The notes under the pieces are model-generated. The model was not told the origin of the DNA and searched no databases. It saw only the letters and a program-made list of their open reading frames with translations. Shown here piece after piece: positions 39,255 through 52,061 of a DNA stretch of 64,000 nucleotides. The stretch is from Octopus sinensis (Eukaryota), in contig NC_043003.1 of the NCBI RefSeq assembly GCF_006345805.1, positions 50,592,001-50,656,000 of the forward strand. Reading direction: 5' to 3'. Made by a program: the position numbers and the translations under genes. Numbering within the stretch: the first letter of the stretch is position 1; each line of letters starts with the position of its first letter.

Positions 39255-39308
39255 AATAATACTCAGAGTTTCAGATGCCGGGATTAAAGGGCATCCTCAT
39301 CAGTTATT
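39255..39308 (-). ncRNA. Intact minimal type I hammerhead ribozyme
   Basis: AAUAA-CUGAUGA-GGAUGCC(cuuuaauccc)GGCAUCU-GAAA-CUC-u-GAG-UA-UUAUU; all three stems and the core are intact. Confidence 0.87.
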
Positions 39309-40114
39309 AGAACAAAATGCTATGACAAAAAAACTGTGTGTGTGCGTGTGCGTTCGCGAGTGTGTATATGAGCATTTCTGCAATACCCATATATATGTGT
39401 AATCAGGTAGAGAATGTTTGTGTATGTGTTTGTGTGTGTGTGTGTGTGTGCATACGTGTATATCTGTGTGTGTTTGTATGTGTATGCGTATGTGAGTTTG
39501 TGTGTGTATGTGTGCGTGTGTGAAAGAGAGAGACAGAGACAGAGACAGAGAAAGTTTGAGTGTATCATTGTGTGTCATTTGCTCGCAAATGATATTCTTC
39601 ATAAATAATGGTTTAAAGTATTCCCAGCATGGGATAAATATTTATTAGTATGTATCAACAAATAGTGGCTGCCAATACGGTTATATGGTGATGAAGTGTT
39701 CCTTACTTAGTGTAAACTAAACATTATTTTTATCAGAAATATTACTGGTAACCACCACGAAATTCTCCATTTTGACAGCTATTTACGCACACCCATAAAC
39801 TCATAAGCATTACGTCACCCTGTTGTACTCGCTGCTATATATTAAATTATTTCTAGTATTCTCTAAATATAATAGTGTTAACTAGATGTAGTACCAGTTT
39901 TGAATTTTGTTAATTTAACTAAGATATATGTTAATTATGCGATGCTAAGAACTATAGAGCGAGACGCCCAGCTGAGCCAAATAATGTTTCAAGTTCCTAT
40001 TAATGCCTTTGGAATAGCTATAAATTTTATATCTCTACTTTCTCACTGTTTTATACATTGATATCATTGAGATTAATTAATATAACAAAAATTGCATATA
40101 TTAATTTACACACA

Positions 40115-40154
<40 letters not shown>

Positions 40155-40679
40155 AAAAATATTGATAAATTAATCAGCTATTTTTAATGTTTTATTCATT
40201 ATGGATATTAATTGATTTCTAACTTTGTAGACACGGAGTTACAAATTTGCTGGGAAGAGATATATTCGTTTGATTATATCCCCCAGAGCATTAATTTGTA
40301 CTTATTTTATTGATCTTAGAGGGATGAAAGGCAAAGTTAACTCCGACGGGATTTCAATCCAGAACAAACGTAAAGGAATATAAACAAACGCTACATGATA
40401 TTCAGTTCGGCACTCCAGCTCAATGCCTTTTCATGGATATTAATTTATATCAGAAATGAGTTATTTCAATTATTAGTTGTTAATAGAATATGTTGTCTGC
40501 AAAACTGTATCCACAGTCTGCTCAACCAATAAACTATATTACAAATACATAAAAGATGCAAAATAGCAAACTATGTATCATACTTAATGTAAATATACAT
40601 CGCCTAGAGGCAAGTTATTGTGTATTTAACCCGAAATAGCCTTCTCATAGACGTACTGTTTTTTAAAATATAATATCAT

Positions 40680-40860
40680 AATCCAAACATGAAAACACAA
40701 AGAGAAAACATAAAAACGCGAGGACGTGCAACAAGTAAAGTGTTATTGGACGCTCAGGAAGGAAAGAAAGTGGAGCTCTTCGTCAGAAACATAGAAAAAG
40801 GAAAACTCCAAGGAAGGGAAGACGGGGTAAAAAATCGCAAGCGATACACACGCGGTCATA
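40680..40860. mobile_element. Repeat unit with a half hammerhead (CUGACGA-A-GAGC on the minus strand, 40772-40790); truncated second copy at 46046-46135
   Basis: AATCCAAACATGAAAACACAAAGAGAAAAC..CGCTCAGGAAGGAAAGA is shared by both loci. Confidence 0.6.
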
Positions 40861-41157
40861 CACATATATTATGTACATATACATATATATATTGTGTAAA
40901 TGTATATATATTATATGTATGTATGTATGTTTGTATGTATGTATGTATGCGTATATATGTATATAAATCATAAATGTATATATGAGAAGTGAATGGATTT
41001 ATTTAACCATTTGCCATTCTTAGGGTTACGGCCGTTTCGCAATCCTTTTTTATGTAATAATTTTAATGTATGATAAATCGCGTTTGCCTGTTATATTAGT
41101 ATGTATGCTAGCATGCATTATACGCAATTGTGTTAAATTAAAACAGTCATGTATATA

Positions 41158-41539
41158 TCATACTTCATGTATCTACATCGTTGAGAAACATGTAGTTATT
41201 GCGGGTTTCGATCGAGATAACATCTCCTATGGAAAAAAATTATTCATATCCGAGGAAGACGAAAACGTCGTCCCAGCAGCGACTAGGAACTTCGCCAGAT
41301 GCTTTTCGGTCTTGTTGAGCCTTATCCGTGACTTGGACGCACAACCAGATCTATGTCAAGATGTGATTTGTTGCCTTCGATATAGTAAGACACTCGCTAA
41401 CATTCTCACAAGCCGCTAGTGGGGCCACTTTCGCCTCGGATACATATTGTGTTTTAACACTGCACATCCATAAGAGATGTTATCTCGTACGAATACTACA
41501 GTAACTTGCCTCTCAACGATGTATATAAATAAAGTATGA
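41158..41539. repeat. Fold-back element with diverged arms of about 75-100 bp
   Basis: 41158-41232 aligns to the reverse complement of 41469-41539; also TATCCGAGG / CCTCGGATA. Confidence 0.75.
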
Positions 41540-42319
41540 AACATGGACCGCTTTTTTATAAAAAAAAATGCTACTGCTTGACTTGTATACTGGAAAGGAG
41601 ACAACTTTTATCTAACTAATATCAATGTCAAACTGGGAAAACTACGATGAACAATGGTATCCCAAAGGAAAATAATTGCTGATAATAGACTCAAGGTGGA
41701 AAAAGATGAAAATGAGAGTGGTCTGCCTTGCTCTGTGTCAACAGCCAGGTGACACATTTTCTTTAAGTATGTCTATACTGAATTCTAAGACATCATGTAA
41801 ACCTTCAACAAGGCCCAAACCACTAAAGCAATCATGAGTGATGACAAAGTGTTTCAACTTTAAAATAAACTAATATATGTCCCGCTTCGAGTCAAATGAA
41901 CGACATCCGCAACAGCATCGTTTAAGAAAGTAAAAGAAATCTAAAAGGAGCATTATCGTGATTAATCCCGCGCCATATGATTTATTAAAATTCATCTTTC
42001 TTCTTTCGTGAAAGCTTTAGAGAATAAGTTATTAAGTTGCACTTGGAGCTTATATTTTGACATAGTTATGCCAGGAGATGCCTGAACTCAAATTTCAACA
42101 AGTTGGGGAGCACCTTCGCTATCACATCTACAGTAACCGACATTCTAAATTGTTTGCATTCAAGTAACCATTTCAGTGTAATTTTATTCACCAGACATTA
42201 ACCCCTCAACTTATCCAGAATTCCGAGAGATTGTTATTTTGCCGGGCGTGGTTCACAATCTTTCTTACTTAAACTGTACGTTGGTTTTGTTATTGCTGTT
42301 CTTGTTTTTGTTCTTATTC

Positions 42320-42510
42320 TTCATCTAGCCTCAGTCTCGTTTGAGAAAAATCTATGATCAAAGACATCCAGCATTGTCCATTTCGTATCTTATTCAGGCA
42401 TAGTGTACTCCGGACTACCTTAATCAATCTGTCCCACCTTAAAAAAATTTGGCAGTGTGTGACTTGAGAGGCATTTGACTGCTATTTCTCGCAAGCTTAA
42501 CAACCGCTTA
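42320..42510 (-). mobile_element. Short interspersed repeat (similar pieces at about 22990-23200, 36010-36075 and 57380-57560)
   Basis: Recurrent TGATCAAA(G)..(G)GCTGCTATTTCTAGC motif; class unassigned. Confidence 0.55.
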
Positions 42511-43184
42511 CATACTATCACATTGTTTTAGTACATATTTAGCCTGACATAGTCAATGACTTAATTCTAAAAAAAAAATATAAGATATCTATCTTTATAA
42601 CATGTTTAATAGAGTAATTGTTGGAAATGGATGTTGTTACATCTGTTGAATTTTTAATAGGCATTACTGTTGAATAATAACGTATACTTCATTTAGTTCC
42701 AAGTACTCTATAAGTAATATAAACAATATGTAACATATGAATCAACACTTAAGATCTGATATCAGTGATCTATTGGGCACCATAGTTTTTATGCTATATA
42801 TTAACAATATATTAGACACTGGCATATATTATTCGATAATTACTCAAATAGTCAAGTTTTCCGTATTATAAGCAATATATAATGTATTTTTTATGAGTGG
42901 CAAAAAAGTCGAATACTTTATCCTGCGTCAGGTATGCAGAGTAGCTTCAAGTATAATTTGGTGACAGAATGTTTTATCTTTGCGCGTCTCAGTTCAAATT
43001 CCTATCTAGAACAAATCCGTGGAAAATCAAACTGTCCAAGTGTAAATCATTTGGAGATACTTCGGAAAATAGTCAAAATGTGGAAGTCATTGTTTCAACA
43101 ATTATTCCTTACCAAATCTTAATTTTTAAAGCACTAAAACCATATATGCTATGAAAAAATTTATAACACATGAATCAAATTCAG

Positions 43185-43620
43185 CCAGGTGCTCTCCTGT
43201 TTCTCTGTGTCCAGGGGATCAGTTTGTCAAGACTTTCCAGTTTCCTCTGTTTTGTGCTGTATGCATACAGTCAGTCCCTTGTTTCCAGTCCATTCTTTGG
43301 TGTCATCAGCTCCCAAATGTATTCGATGGCTTCTTGCATTCTTCCTCTCAATACTTCCTGTGTAGATGGTCTCAGATAATAACTTGTGGTGTACTGAATG
43401 TTCAAAATGTGATAGCTTTGCTATGATTCTAGACTGAAGATGCCTACAAACTTTCAGCTTTTCAAGTACTGTAGCATTTATTACCCTGTCTTTTACATTT
43501 GTTCTACCCAGTATGCGTAAGGTCCATACCTCAATGTCTTCTGTCTCCTCAATTGTTATGAACATGTCCAAGTTTCTGCCTCGTAGAGGACAATTGGCAT
43601 AACGTAACCTCTTAATAGCT
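43185..43620 (-). mobile_element. RTE-clade LINE 3' fragment
   Basis: IEVWTLRILGRTNVKDRVINATVL..KLSHFEH..DDTKEWTG matches the RTE ORF C-terminus. Confidence 0.8.
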
Positions 43621-44702
43621 TCAGTTTTAGGTTCAAAGTTGTGTTTTATGAGATGAACAAAATTAAATGGTGTTGGGAAAGTGATTCTTCTTTTTCTTTC
43701 GTTCTCCATCTTAATATATTAATGCATTTAGTTTCTTTGTGTAATTGAATTCTATGATTAGAACTCAATTTTTTATTGTTTTTTGTGGGGGGTGATTTCG
43801 TTTTGCAGCACTTTCGAATTGCAACCAAACTGACAAGATACACCGTACTTGCAAGAGATAGTCAGGATTCACTTAAATCTCCCTCCCAGACAACCGAAAT
43901 TGAGTATCGGCCAACTCTTCATTATACCTTTATGTGAATAAGTTGCACTTCGATCCCTATTCAAGGCTGTTGGAAAAAAAAAACAGAGAAAAGAAAGATC
44001 CTTACACTCTAACCAAAGGATCCAATTTCCCAGTGGGTGGTTACTGAACGTATGTGAATATGATTCCTCATAATCATTTATTATAACTTATTTATATAAC
44101 TACCTGCCATACGATACGATAGACTAGTATAGATATCAGTAAGGCATTTTATTTCCATTAATTACATTCACCTAAGAAGCAGTCACCTTTCATCGCTTCA
44201 TTGTGTGTATGCATGAGTATGTATGTATGTATGTATGTATGTATGTATGTATGTATGTATGTATGTATGTATGCATGCATGTGCGTGCGTGCGTGTGAGT
44301 GTATGTGTGTGTGTACACATGCGTGTATATGTTTACTAGTTATAGCACTCTCTTATTTTTCCTAATGTGTTCTCTACCACGCTAATGCACTTAAGGAAGG
44401 TATGAATATCTTTTATTAATCTTATGTTTATGTAAGAACTGGGGCATCACAAGAAAGTTTTTGTTTCATTGTTGGCTTGTCTTTCATTGGTTAACTCTGA
44501 AATCCATATAGTTTTCCGGTTATTTCATATGTTAGCTAATTTTCACAGTGAATGCAAAATGGCTGAGTAGAGAGAATGTGAACGGTTGTATAATTAGCAC
44601 AAATAAATTTTCAGGTGTTTCGTTGTGCTTAGAAAAAGAAAGAGAGAGCAGCTTATTCTACGCAACCACAGTCTATAAAATAGGTATACACACACACACA
44701 TA

Positions 44703-45090
44703 TATATCTTTTTTTATTCTTTTATTTGTTTCAGACATTTCGACTGCGGTCATGCTCGAGCACCGCCTTGAAGGGTTTTTAGTCGAAGCAATCGACCCCA
44801 AGTCTTATTCTTTGTAAGCCTAGTATATATTCCAATGGTCTCTTTTGCCGAACCGCTGAGTTACGGCGACGAAAACACACCAATACTGGTTGTTAAGTGA
44901 TGGTGGGATGGGGGAAACAAACACAGACACGAAGACAACACACACAAACGACAAGGTTTTCTCAGTTTCCGTCTGCTAAATCCACTCACAATGTTTTAGT
45001 CGGTCCAAAGCACTTGCCCAAGGTGCCACGTAGTGGGACTGAACCCGGAACCATGTGGTTGAGAAGCAAGCTTCTTGCCACACAACCACA
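44703..45090 (-). mobile_element. SINE group A
   Basis: Reverse-complement match. Confidence 0.85.
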
Positions 45091-45092
45091 TT

Positions 45093-45241
45093 AAGATAGA
45101 TCCTTCCATGACCAAGGTGTGTATCCATTGGAAGTATCTTCCAAAAAGATATCTATGTATGTATATATATATATATATATATATATCGTGTGGAAGATAC
45201 TTGGAATAGATACACGCCTTGTTCAGGAAAAGATCTGTCTT
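45093..45241. repeat. 51-bp inverted repeat around (TA)n
   Basis: 45093-45143 aligns to the reverse complement of 45191-45241. Confidence 0.85.
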
Positions 45242-45985
45242 TCAGCTTGTTCAAAATATTTAAAAAATAATAACAACAATCTTGAGTTGATCACCGGCGC
45301 CATAAATGTTTAGGATTCGCGAGAGAATTACATATCTTTGCACGTATTTGTTTCGTATTTACTAGTTTGTTTATTATTTATTTATTTACTTATTTTTCTC
45401 TAAACATTCAACAAATGCAATGTAATGCAACAAATATATATTGCCAGGCGATAGAATGAAGCCATTATTTTACAGTTAATCCCTCTTCACACAACAATAA
45501 ACAATGTAAATATATATATAATGTAAAAACATAATGTTAGCCACTTGTGATTCGAATTTAATAAACGAACACATTAGAGGTTTCAGACAAATTAAGTTGC
45601 CATTCACGTTCTCTGCTAGCTTAATAGATTCTGTGAAGAGAGTTATTTGTTTTACAATATAAACAACCTGACCTGTAAATAAACAAAAGGTTACAGCAGA
45701 ATGGATCCCAACAGAGAGCTTCTAAAGGGACAGAAAAGATATGGGGAGGGTGAGGAGTTCATTATGGTAGAATATATCTTTCTTTGAAGAGAAAAGTATA
45801 CAATGAAATAGAAAATAGCAAGGTTACGTGATTTAGAAATAAACAATATGGTTGTAGATAAACAATATGGGAGTTGCTAAATAATTCAATCCAAAGCGTG
45901 ATTTTATGCTCATAACACTTGTGATCCGAACAAATTAAAGCATAGAAAATTATATACAAACACTCACGCAGACACACACACATGC

Positions 45986-46043
<58 letters not shown>

Positions 46044-46688
46044 GTTAATCCAAACATGAAAACACAAAGAGAAAACACAACAACGCGAGGACGTGGAACA
46101 AGTATAGTGTTATTGGTCGCTCAGGAAGGAAAGATGTATATAATACATGCATATATACATGTCCATATACATACACACACGCACACACACACACACACAC
46201 ACAACACACACACACATATATATTTACATATATATACGTACAAATACACATATACAATATGTATATAGATATATGTATACACTATACACATACAAATCCA
46301 TACATATATACAATGTGTGTGTGCGTGTGTGTGCTTCTGTGTTTCTCTGCGTTTATATAAGTTGAATTTTTTGTTATTAATGTCGAATGCCTATATAGCG
46401 ACTACTCAAAATTTCGTGCAGAGCATATTCTATTCAGATGATGCTTTAATGAAGATAACATTAAAAATTTTCAGTCGTGAGTTCATTAATGGCGTTTTAC
46501 TTACGAGAAAACGTGTGTTTCATATATCGAAGCCAATACTTGACAAGTAATGGATCGAAGGATGAAAGGCAAGTTCAACCTGTGGCAGATCTGAACTCAC
46601 AAATTAAAGGGACGTAACTGATGTCAAGGCTATTACTTTATACACTATTCTACCGATTATCTTATCAATAAATACATTCCGGCGCGCA

Positions 46689-46756
<68 letters not shown>

Positions 46757-46996
46757 CAAACATACATATTAACAAACATACAGTGAAACATAGAGTTGTA
46801 TTTATATGCTTACAGACATAGATATATTTCAACGTATACATAACTAAATAAAAGTCATTAATGGAATTGTGTGATAGAACGTGAAATATTTCAGAAATTT
46901 AACCAAATATATACGTATGGACAGTCATACGTGTTTCTGTAAATAGAAAGATACACAAGGAACACGTGCATGAGTGCAAACATAAATGTACACACA

Positions 46997-47066
<70 letters not shown>

Positions 47067-47309
47067 GGTTGCAAGTACATATACACATATCCCCCACATA
47101 TATCCAGACGCATCCACGTATATATTTACATACATACATATATACATACATGCATACATATACATACAAAGCCGGTTCGAAGACTACAGATCCAAGCCAT
47201 CACTGGAACTGTAAAAATCTGTAAAACTTCCCAGAAGTTTATAATTTAAATATATATGAGCATGTCTACACATGCAACTATATGCATGAGAATACATACA
47301 TAAATCAAC

Positions 47310-47592
47310 TCATACAAATCTGAACATATACATACGTACATGCATACATACATACATACATACATACATACATACATACATACATACATACATACATACA
47401 TACATACATACATACATACATGCATACGTACATGCAAAAATACCCTGTTCGCATTGTTGAACTTCCAATGAAGGACCGTGGGATCTAGGTTAGAAACCGG
47501 CTCTTTCTCTACTGGCAAGAAATCTTGAAATAAAACTAAATTATGACATACATACATACATACATACATACATACATACATACATACATACA

Positions 47593-47620
<28 letters not shown>
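47310..47620. repeat. (CATA)n interrupted by an insert of about 100 bp (47440-47545), probably a retroposon 3' tail
   Basis: The microsatellite is directly visible; the identity of the insert is inferred. Confidence 0.65.
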
Positions 47621-47623
<3 letters not shown>

Positions 47624-48059
47624 CTCCCTATGCAGCACGATGTTGTCACTAAAACAATTTACAATACCATCAGAAAGAAAAAGACTGTCTTTAAATAAGC
47701 TTAGAAAATCCCTTTCTTATGGAACACATTCAAAAACACTAATTCAAGGAATACTGGTGGAATTTTCTCATCAAAACGTCTGTCAAATATAAACATAACA
47801 GGCCGGATATTGTTATTTAGGACAGGGTGGCATAGAGGTCATCTGTCCTGCAGATATAAATATTTCTTTGAAATATTCATACCAATAATAATTGGAGCAT
47901 TAGGTTTTGTTTGTAAATGCTTAAAGGAGAATCTGGATAAACTGAGATTTTTAGAATGAGAAATCGGCCGGCTAATTCGTACATTATAAGTCCAATATGT
48001 GAGTGAAAGAGTAAAAATATGCAAGACTTTTCTCAAGTTCCAAATAGTCTAGTCATTTT

Positions 48060-48186
48060 TGTCAGCTGAGTGAACTAGGGCAACGTGAAATAAAGTGTCT
48101 TGCTCAAGGATACAACTCTCTACAAGTAATCGAACTCACGACTTTACAATCGTGAACCTAACACCCTATCCACTAAGCCACGCACT
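48060..48186 (-). mobile_element. SINE group C head
   Basis: Reverse complement of the 27604 head. Confidence 0.8.
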
Positions 48187-48712
48187 TTCATACGTACATA
48201 CATATAAACATAATACATACATGTATAATACATACATACACAAATACATACATGAATACATGCATACGTGGGTGCTACGTACGCACATACGTACATACAA
48301 ACACACATAATACCTACATACATACATTCATGCTTGTATGGATGCATTCATGCACACACACACAATACATGCAAACATACGCACGCACATACATACATAC
48401 ACATACATACACATACATACATACATACATACATACATACATACATAAGTAAAGCAAAAAAAGCCATACATATTTTTTATGATCTGTGTTTAGTCTATCT
48501 GCTGAGATACAAAGGTTATAACAACGGTTCGTGCTATTGTTTATCCCAGAGTTGGGTGCCTGTAATTAACAGCTTTCAAACCTTGACTATCCCGTCTTTA
48601 TTTTTTACCTGCCTCCATTATGTAGCCTAAATATCATCATCCGATGCATTCCTGCCTTATTTTGAAGACGTTAGTTTGCAATTTATGTAATTTGACTCCT
48701 ATTTCTAGATAA

Positions 48713-49142
48713 ATGTGGGCAATAAAGAAATAAGAAACGTTAGCACACCGGGCAAAATGCTTAGCTATATTTCGTCTGCCGCTACGTTCTGAGTTCAAAT
48801 TCCGCCGAAGTCGACTTTGTCTTTCATCCTTTCGGGGTCGATAAATTAAGTACCAGTTACACACTGGATCGATATAATCTACTTAATCCGTTTGTCTGTC
48901 CTTGTTTGTCCTCTCTATGTTTAGCCCCTTGTGGGCAATAAAGAGATAAATGTTAGCACGCCGGGCGAAATGCTTAGCTGTATTTCGTCTGACTACTTTT
49001 TTAGTTCAAATTCCGCCGAAGTCAACTTTGCCTTTCATCCTTTCGGGGTCGATAAATTAAGTACCAGCTGCGTACTGGGGTCGATTTAAGGGACTGGCCA
49101 CGTCCTCCAAAATGTCGGGCCTTGTACTTAGAGTAGAAAGAA
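48713..49142 (+). mobile_element. SINE group B tandem (tail stub plus two units)
   Basis: Junctions AAGAAATAA|GAAACGTTAGC and AAGAGATAA|ATGTTAGC. Confidence 0.88.
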
Positions 49143-49423
49143 AATCTAGAAGTTTGAGAGACAATAACGTTAAGGTTATCGTATGTAAAGTTACCGTAAG
49201 ATAGTTCTTGTGCTGGATTGCTAATGTCTGTTAATGGGTGGAAGTGTGGAAGTAATAAGTCTAAACTAAAATATATTGGCCGAAAATTAGGGGAACAAAA
49301 CAAAAAGCAAAGCGAAAAAAAAAACAGAGAAAAATAAGAGAAGGAAGCAGACCAGAAGATAAACGAATAAAATAAATAGATAAACGAATGTGTGTGTGTA
49401 TGTGAGTGTGTGTGTGTGTGTGT

Positions 49424-49467
<44 letters not shown>

Positions 49468-49919
49468 TGGCACTGGACGTGTGTTTATATACATACACAG
49501 ACATACATATGTCGTGTGTATATGTAAGAATTGCCCTGGAAATATGTGTACATACACACACACAGCTATATGTATATGTAAGAATTGTCCTGGAAGTGAA
49601 TATGTGTGTATGTGTGTGTGTGAGTGTGTGAGTGCGTGTGCGTGTATACATACATACATACATACATACATACAGATATACATACATACATACATACATA
49701 TTTGTATGTACGTATATTGGAGATTCGAGTGAAAAAGTATGGAAAGACCTTTTCTGTTTCTTGCCTCCCCCTCAGAGCGCGCGCGCACACACACACATAC
49801 ACACACACACACACACACAAGCACACACACATACACACACGCACACACACTATAAACACACTCTACTTCGTTGAATTCTGGTACATTCGTCATGACCGAT
49901 TTTAATTCAGTCGACTTCA

Positions 49920-50700
49920 CCCATTAACCACCACCATCACCACCACTACTCCCCCACCGCCACCGACACTGTCACTTCAACCATCATCATCACCGTCATC
50001 ATCGTCATCATCACCGTCATAAATGTCTCTAACATCGTTGCAACCACCAACACCACCACCACCACCGTCGGTGTCACATATGCCACCACTGCCATAAGAA
50101 CTATGACAACCATCGTCACAACTGCCATCACCGTCACCACCACCACCGCTATCGCAATCACACCACCATCATCGCAATCACCACTACCGCCACCATTATC
50201 ACCACCATCAACACAACCACTACTACCGCCATCATCACAACCATCAAAACAAACATCATCAGAACCACCACCATCACCACCATCGTCACAGCCACCACCG
50301 CCATCATCGCAACTACCACCACCACCACAACCACTACCACCATCATCGCAATCAACATCACCACCACTACCACTACCATCATCATCATCACAACCATCAC
50401 TCCCATCACCATCGTCACAGCCACCACCGCCATCATCACAACTACCACCATCACCACAACCACTACCACCATCATCGCAATAAACACCACCACCACTACC
50501 ACTACCATCATCATCATCACAACCATCACCACCACCACCATCGTCACAACTACCACCGCCATCATCACAACTACCACCACAACCACAACTACCACCATCG
50601 TAATCATGACACCACCATCATAACCACCACCACTATCACCTCAACCACAATCATCCTTATTAAACAATCAGCAACAAATACTGTATCACCACCGCCACGC
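49920..50700. repeat. (CAC/CAT)n-rich tract with a 129-bp higher-order repeat
   Basis: CATCGTCACA recurs at 50281, 50410 and 50539. Confidence 0.85.
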
Positions 50701-51017
50701 CATTACGATTTATTTTTATCGAAATTATTATTCTAGCAAACGAAAATGCGTCTTCGTGGTTGCTTAAACTGCTAAAAATAGTGGCCAAGCCTCCCTGAAA
50801 AAAATTATTTGTAATTTATTTCAATCACGAGGGAATGCAGTACGCGCATAACCCTAAATCCTCCGAAACTGGTGTGAGTGAGGTCAGTCTCCTATGGAGG
50901 CCTGGCGGGAATATTTGCAACAGAATGGACTTGGCTGTAGGCAATCAAAGTGCTAAGCAGTGACAGATTCAGTCAACCGTCCAAATCGGCCAGGGTAGTG
51001 CTTGAGCTCAGAACCCA

Positions 51018-51200
51018 GACGGCATGGCTGTGTGATTAAGAAATTCGCTTTGCAACTACGTTGTCTCGTGTTCAGTTCCTCAGCAAAGCATTTGGGCAAG
51101 CGTTTTCTACTATGGCCTCAGACCGACCAATACCTCGTGAGTGAATTTGGTCGACGGAAACTGTGTGGAAATTACTCATTTGTCCTGTGTCTGTATATAC
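51018..51200 (+). mobile_element. SINE group A head, diverged
   Basis: Head match. Confidence 0.7.
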
Positions 51201-51361
51201 ATATATATATAGTCAGTCACTGCGAGGGTATATTAAGGATGATGTCATCCAAGTTACACTAGTTTAATAGCTTATATTGTTGAGAAATATCTCAACATAA
51301 TATTTGATATTTATGATATCCTTATTATTTAAGTAAGAAAATAAGAGTTTATAGGGATGAA

Positions 51362-51612
51362 AATTAATTTATTAACATATTGTTAATCAGGCCTATAATT
51401 GCTTCAATCTACACCCAATACAAATTACAAATACTCTATGGAGAAACTCAATTGATCAACATGTAGTTTCTTTAATGTCCATTGACCCTGATGATATTTT
51501 ACTATAAATCTTCAAAATGCAAACTGATTTTATTCTATAGGTTTGTAACTTGTATTGGGTGTAAAATGAATCAATAGTAGGCTTAATTAGCAAAATGTGA
51601 ATAAATTAATTT
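51362..51612. repeat. Diverged fold-back with a decayed hammerhead-like motif in the loop (51488-51521)
   Basis: Arms about 51362-51450 and about 51522-51612; CTGATGA..AAAA-TGCA. Confidence 0.6.
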
Positions 51613-51904
51613 ATATCCATTTAAACTCTCCATTTTCTTAATAATGTTATGTATGCTAACCGTAAGCTATAAAACAGCCTTTTGTCCCCAAAAAGTTCTT
51701 TTTTATAACTTCTGCGGACGGCTTGAAGTTTACTATCTTCCTACATCTGGATCTTTGGATCTTACCATTCCATATGTTCATATTCCCACATTTCCCTTTA
51801 TTTTTATTCACACATTTCCCTTCGTACTTCCTCTATTTCTCCCTTTCCAAAATAACTTCTTATATTGAACTCTACTATTTCATTCTATTCAACTCTCTCA
51901 TATC

Positions 51905-51952
51905 GTCTCTGATGATGGGGTATCTTTTATATACTTGAAACAGCTGTAAGAC
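51905..51952 (+). ncRNA. Minimal type I hammerhead ribozyme
   Basis: GUCU-CUGAUGA-ug-GGGUAU(cuuuuau)AUACUU-GAAA-CAGCUG-UA-AGAC; palindromic stem III, GUA triplet. Confidence 0.8.
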
Positions 51953-52013
51953 TACCTTTCTTTTTATAAATATCCTAGAAATTTCACACTGCCTTGGCTT
52001 TGTTGTCTCCGAC

Positions 52014-52039
<26 letters not shown>

Positions 52040-52061
<22 letters not shown>

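Noticed and set aside
41023-41040. GAAA-CGGCCG-UA half hammerhead on the minus strand
   Set aside because: There is no CUGANGA upstream, and about one such string is expected by chance in this window.
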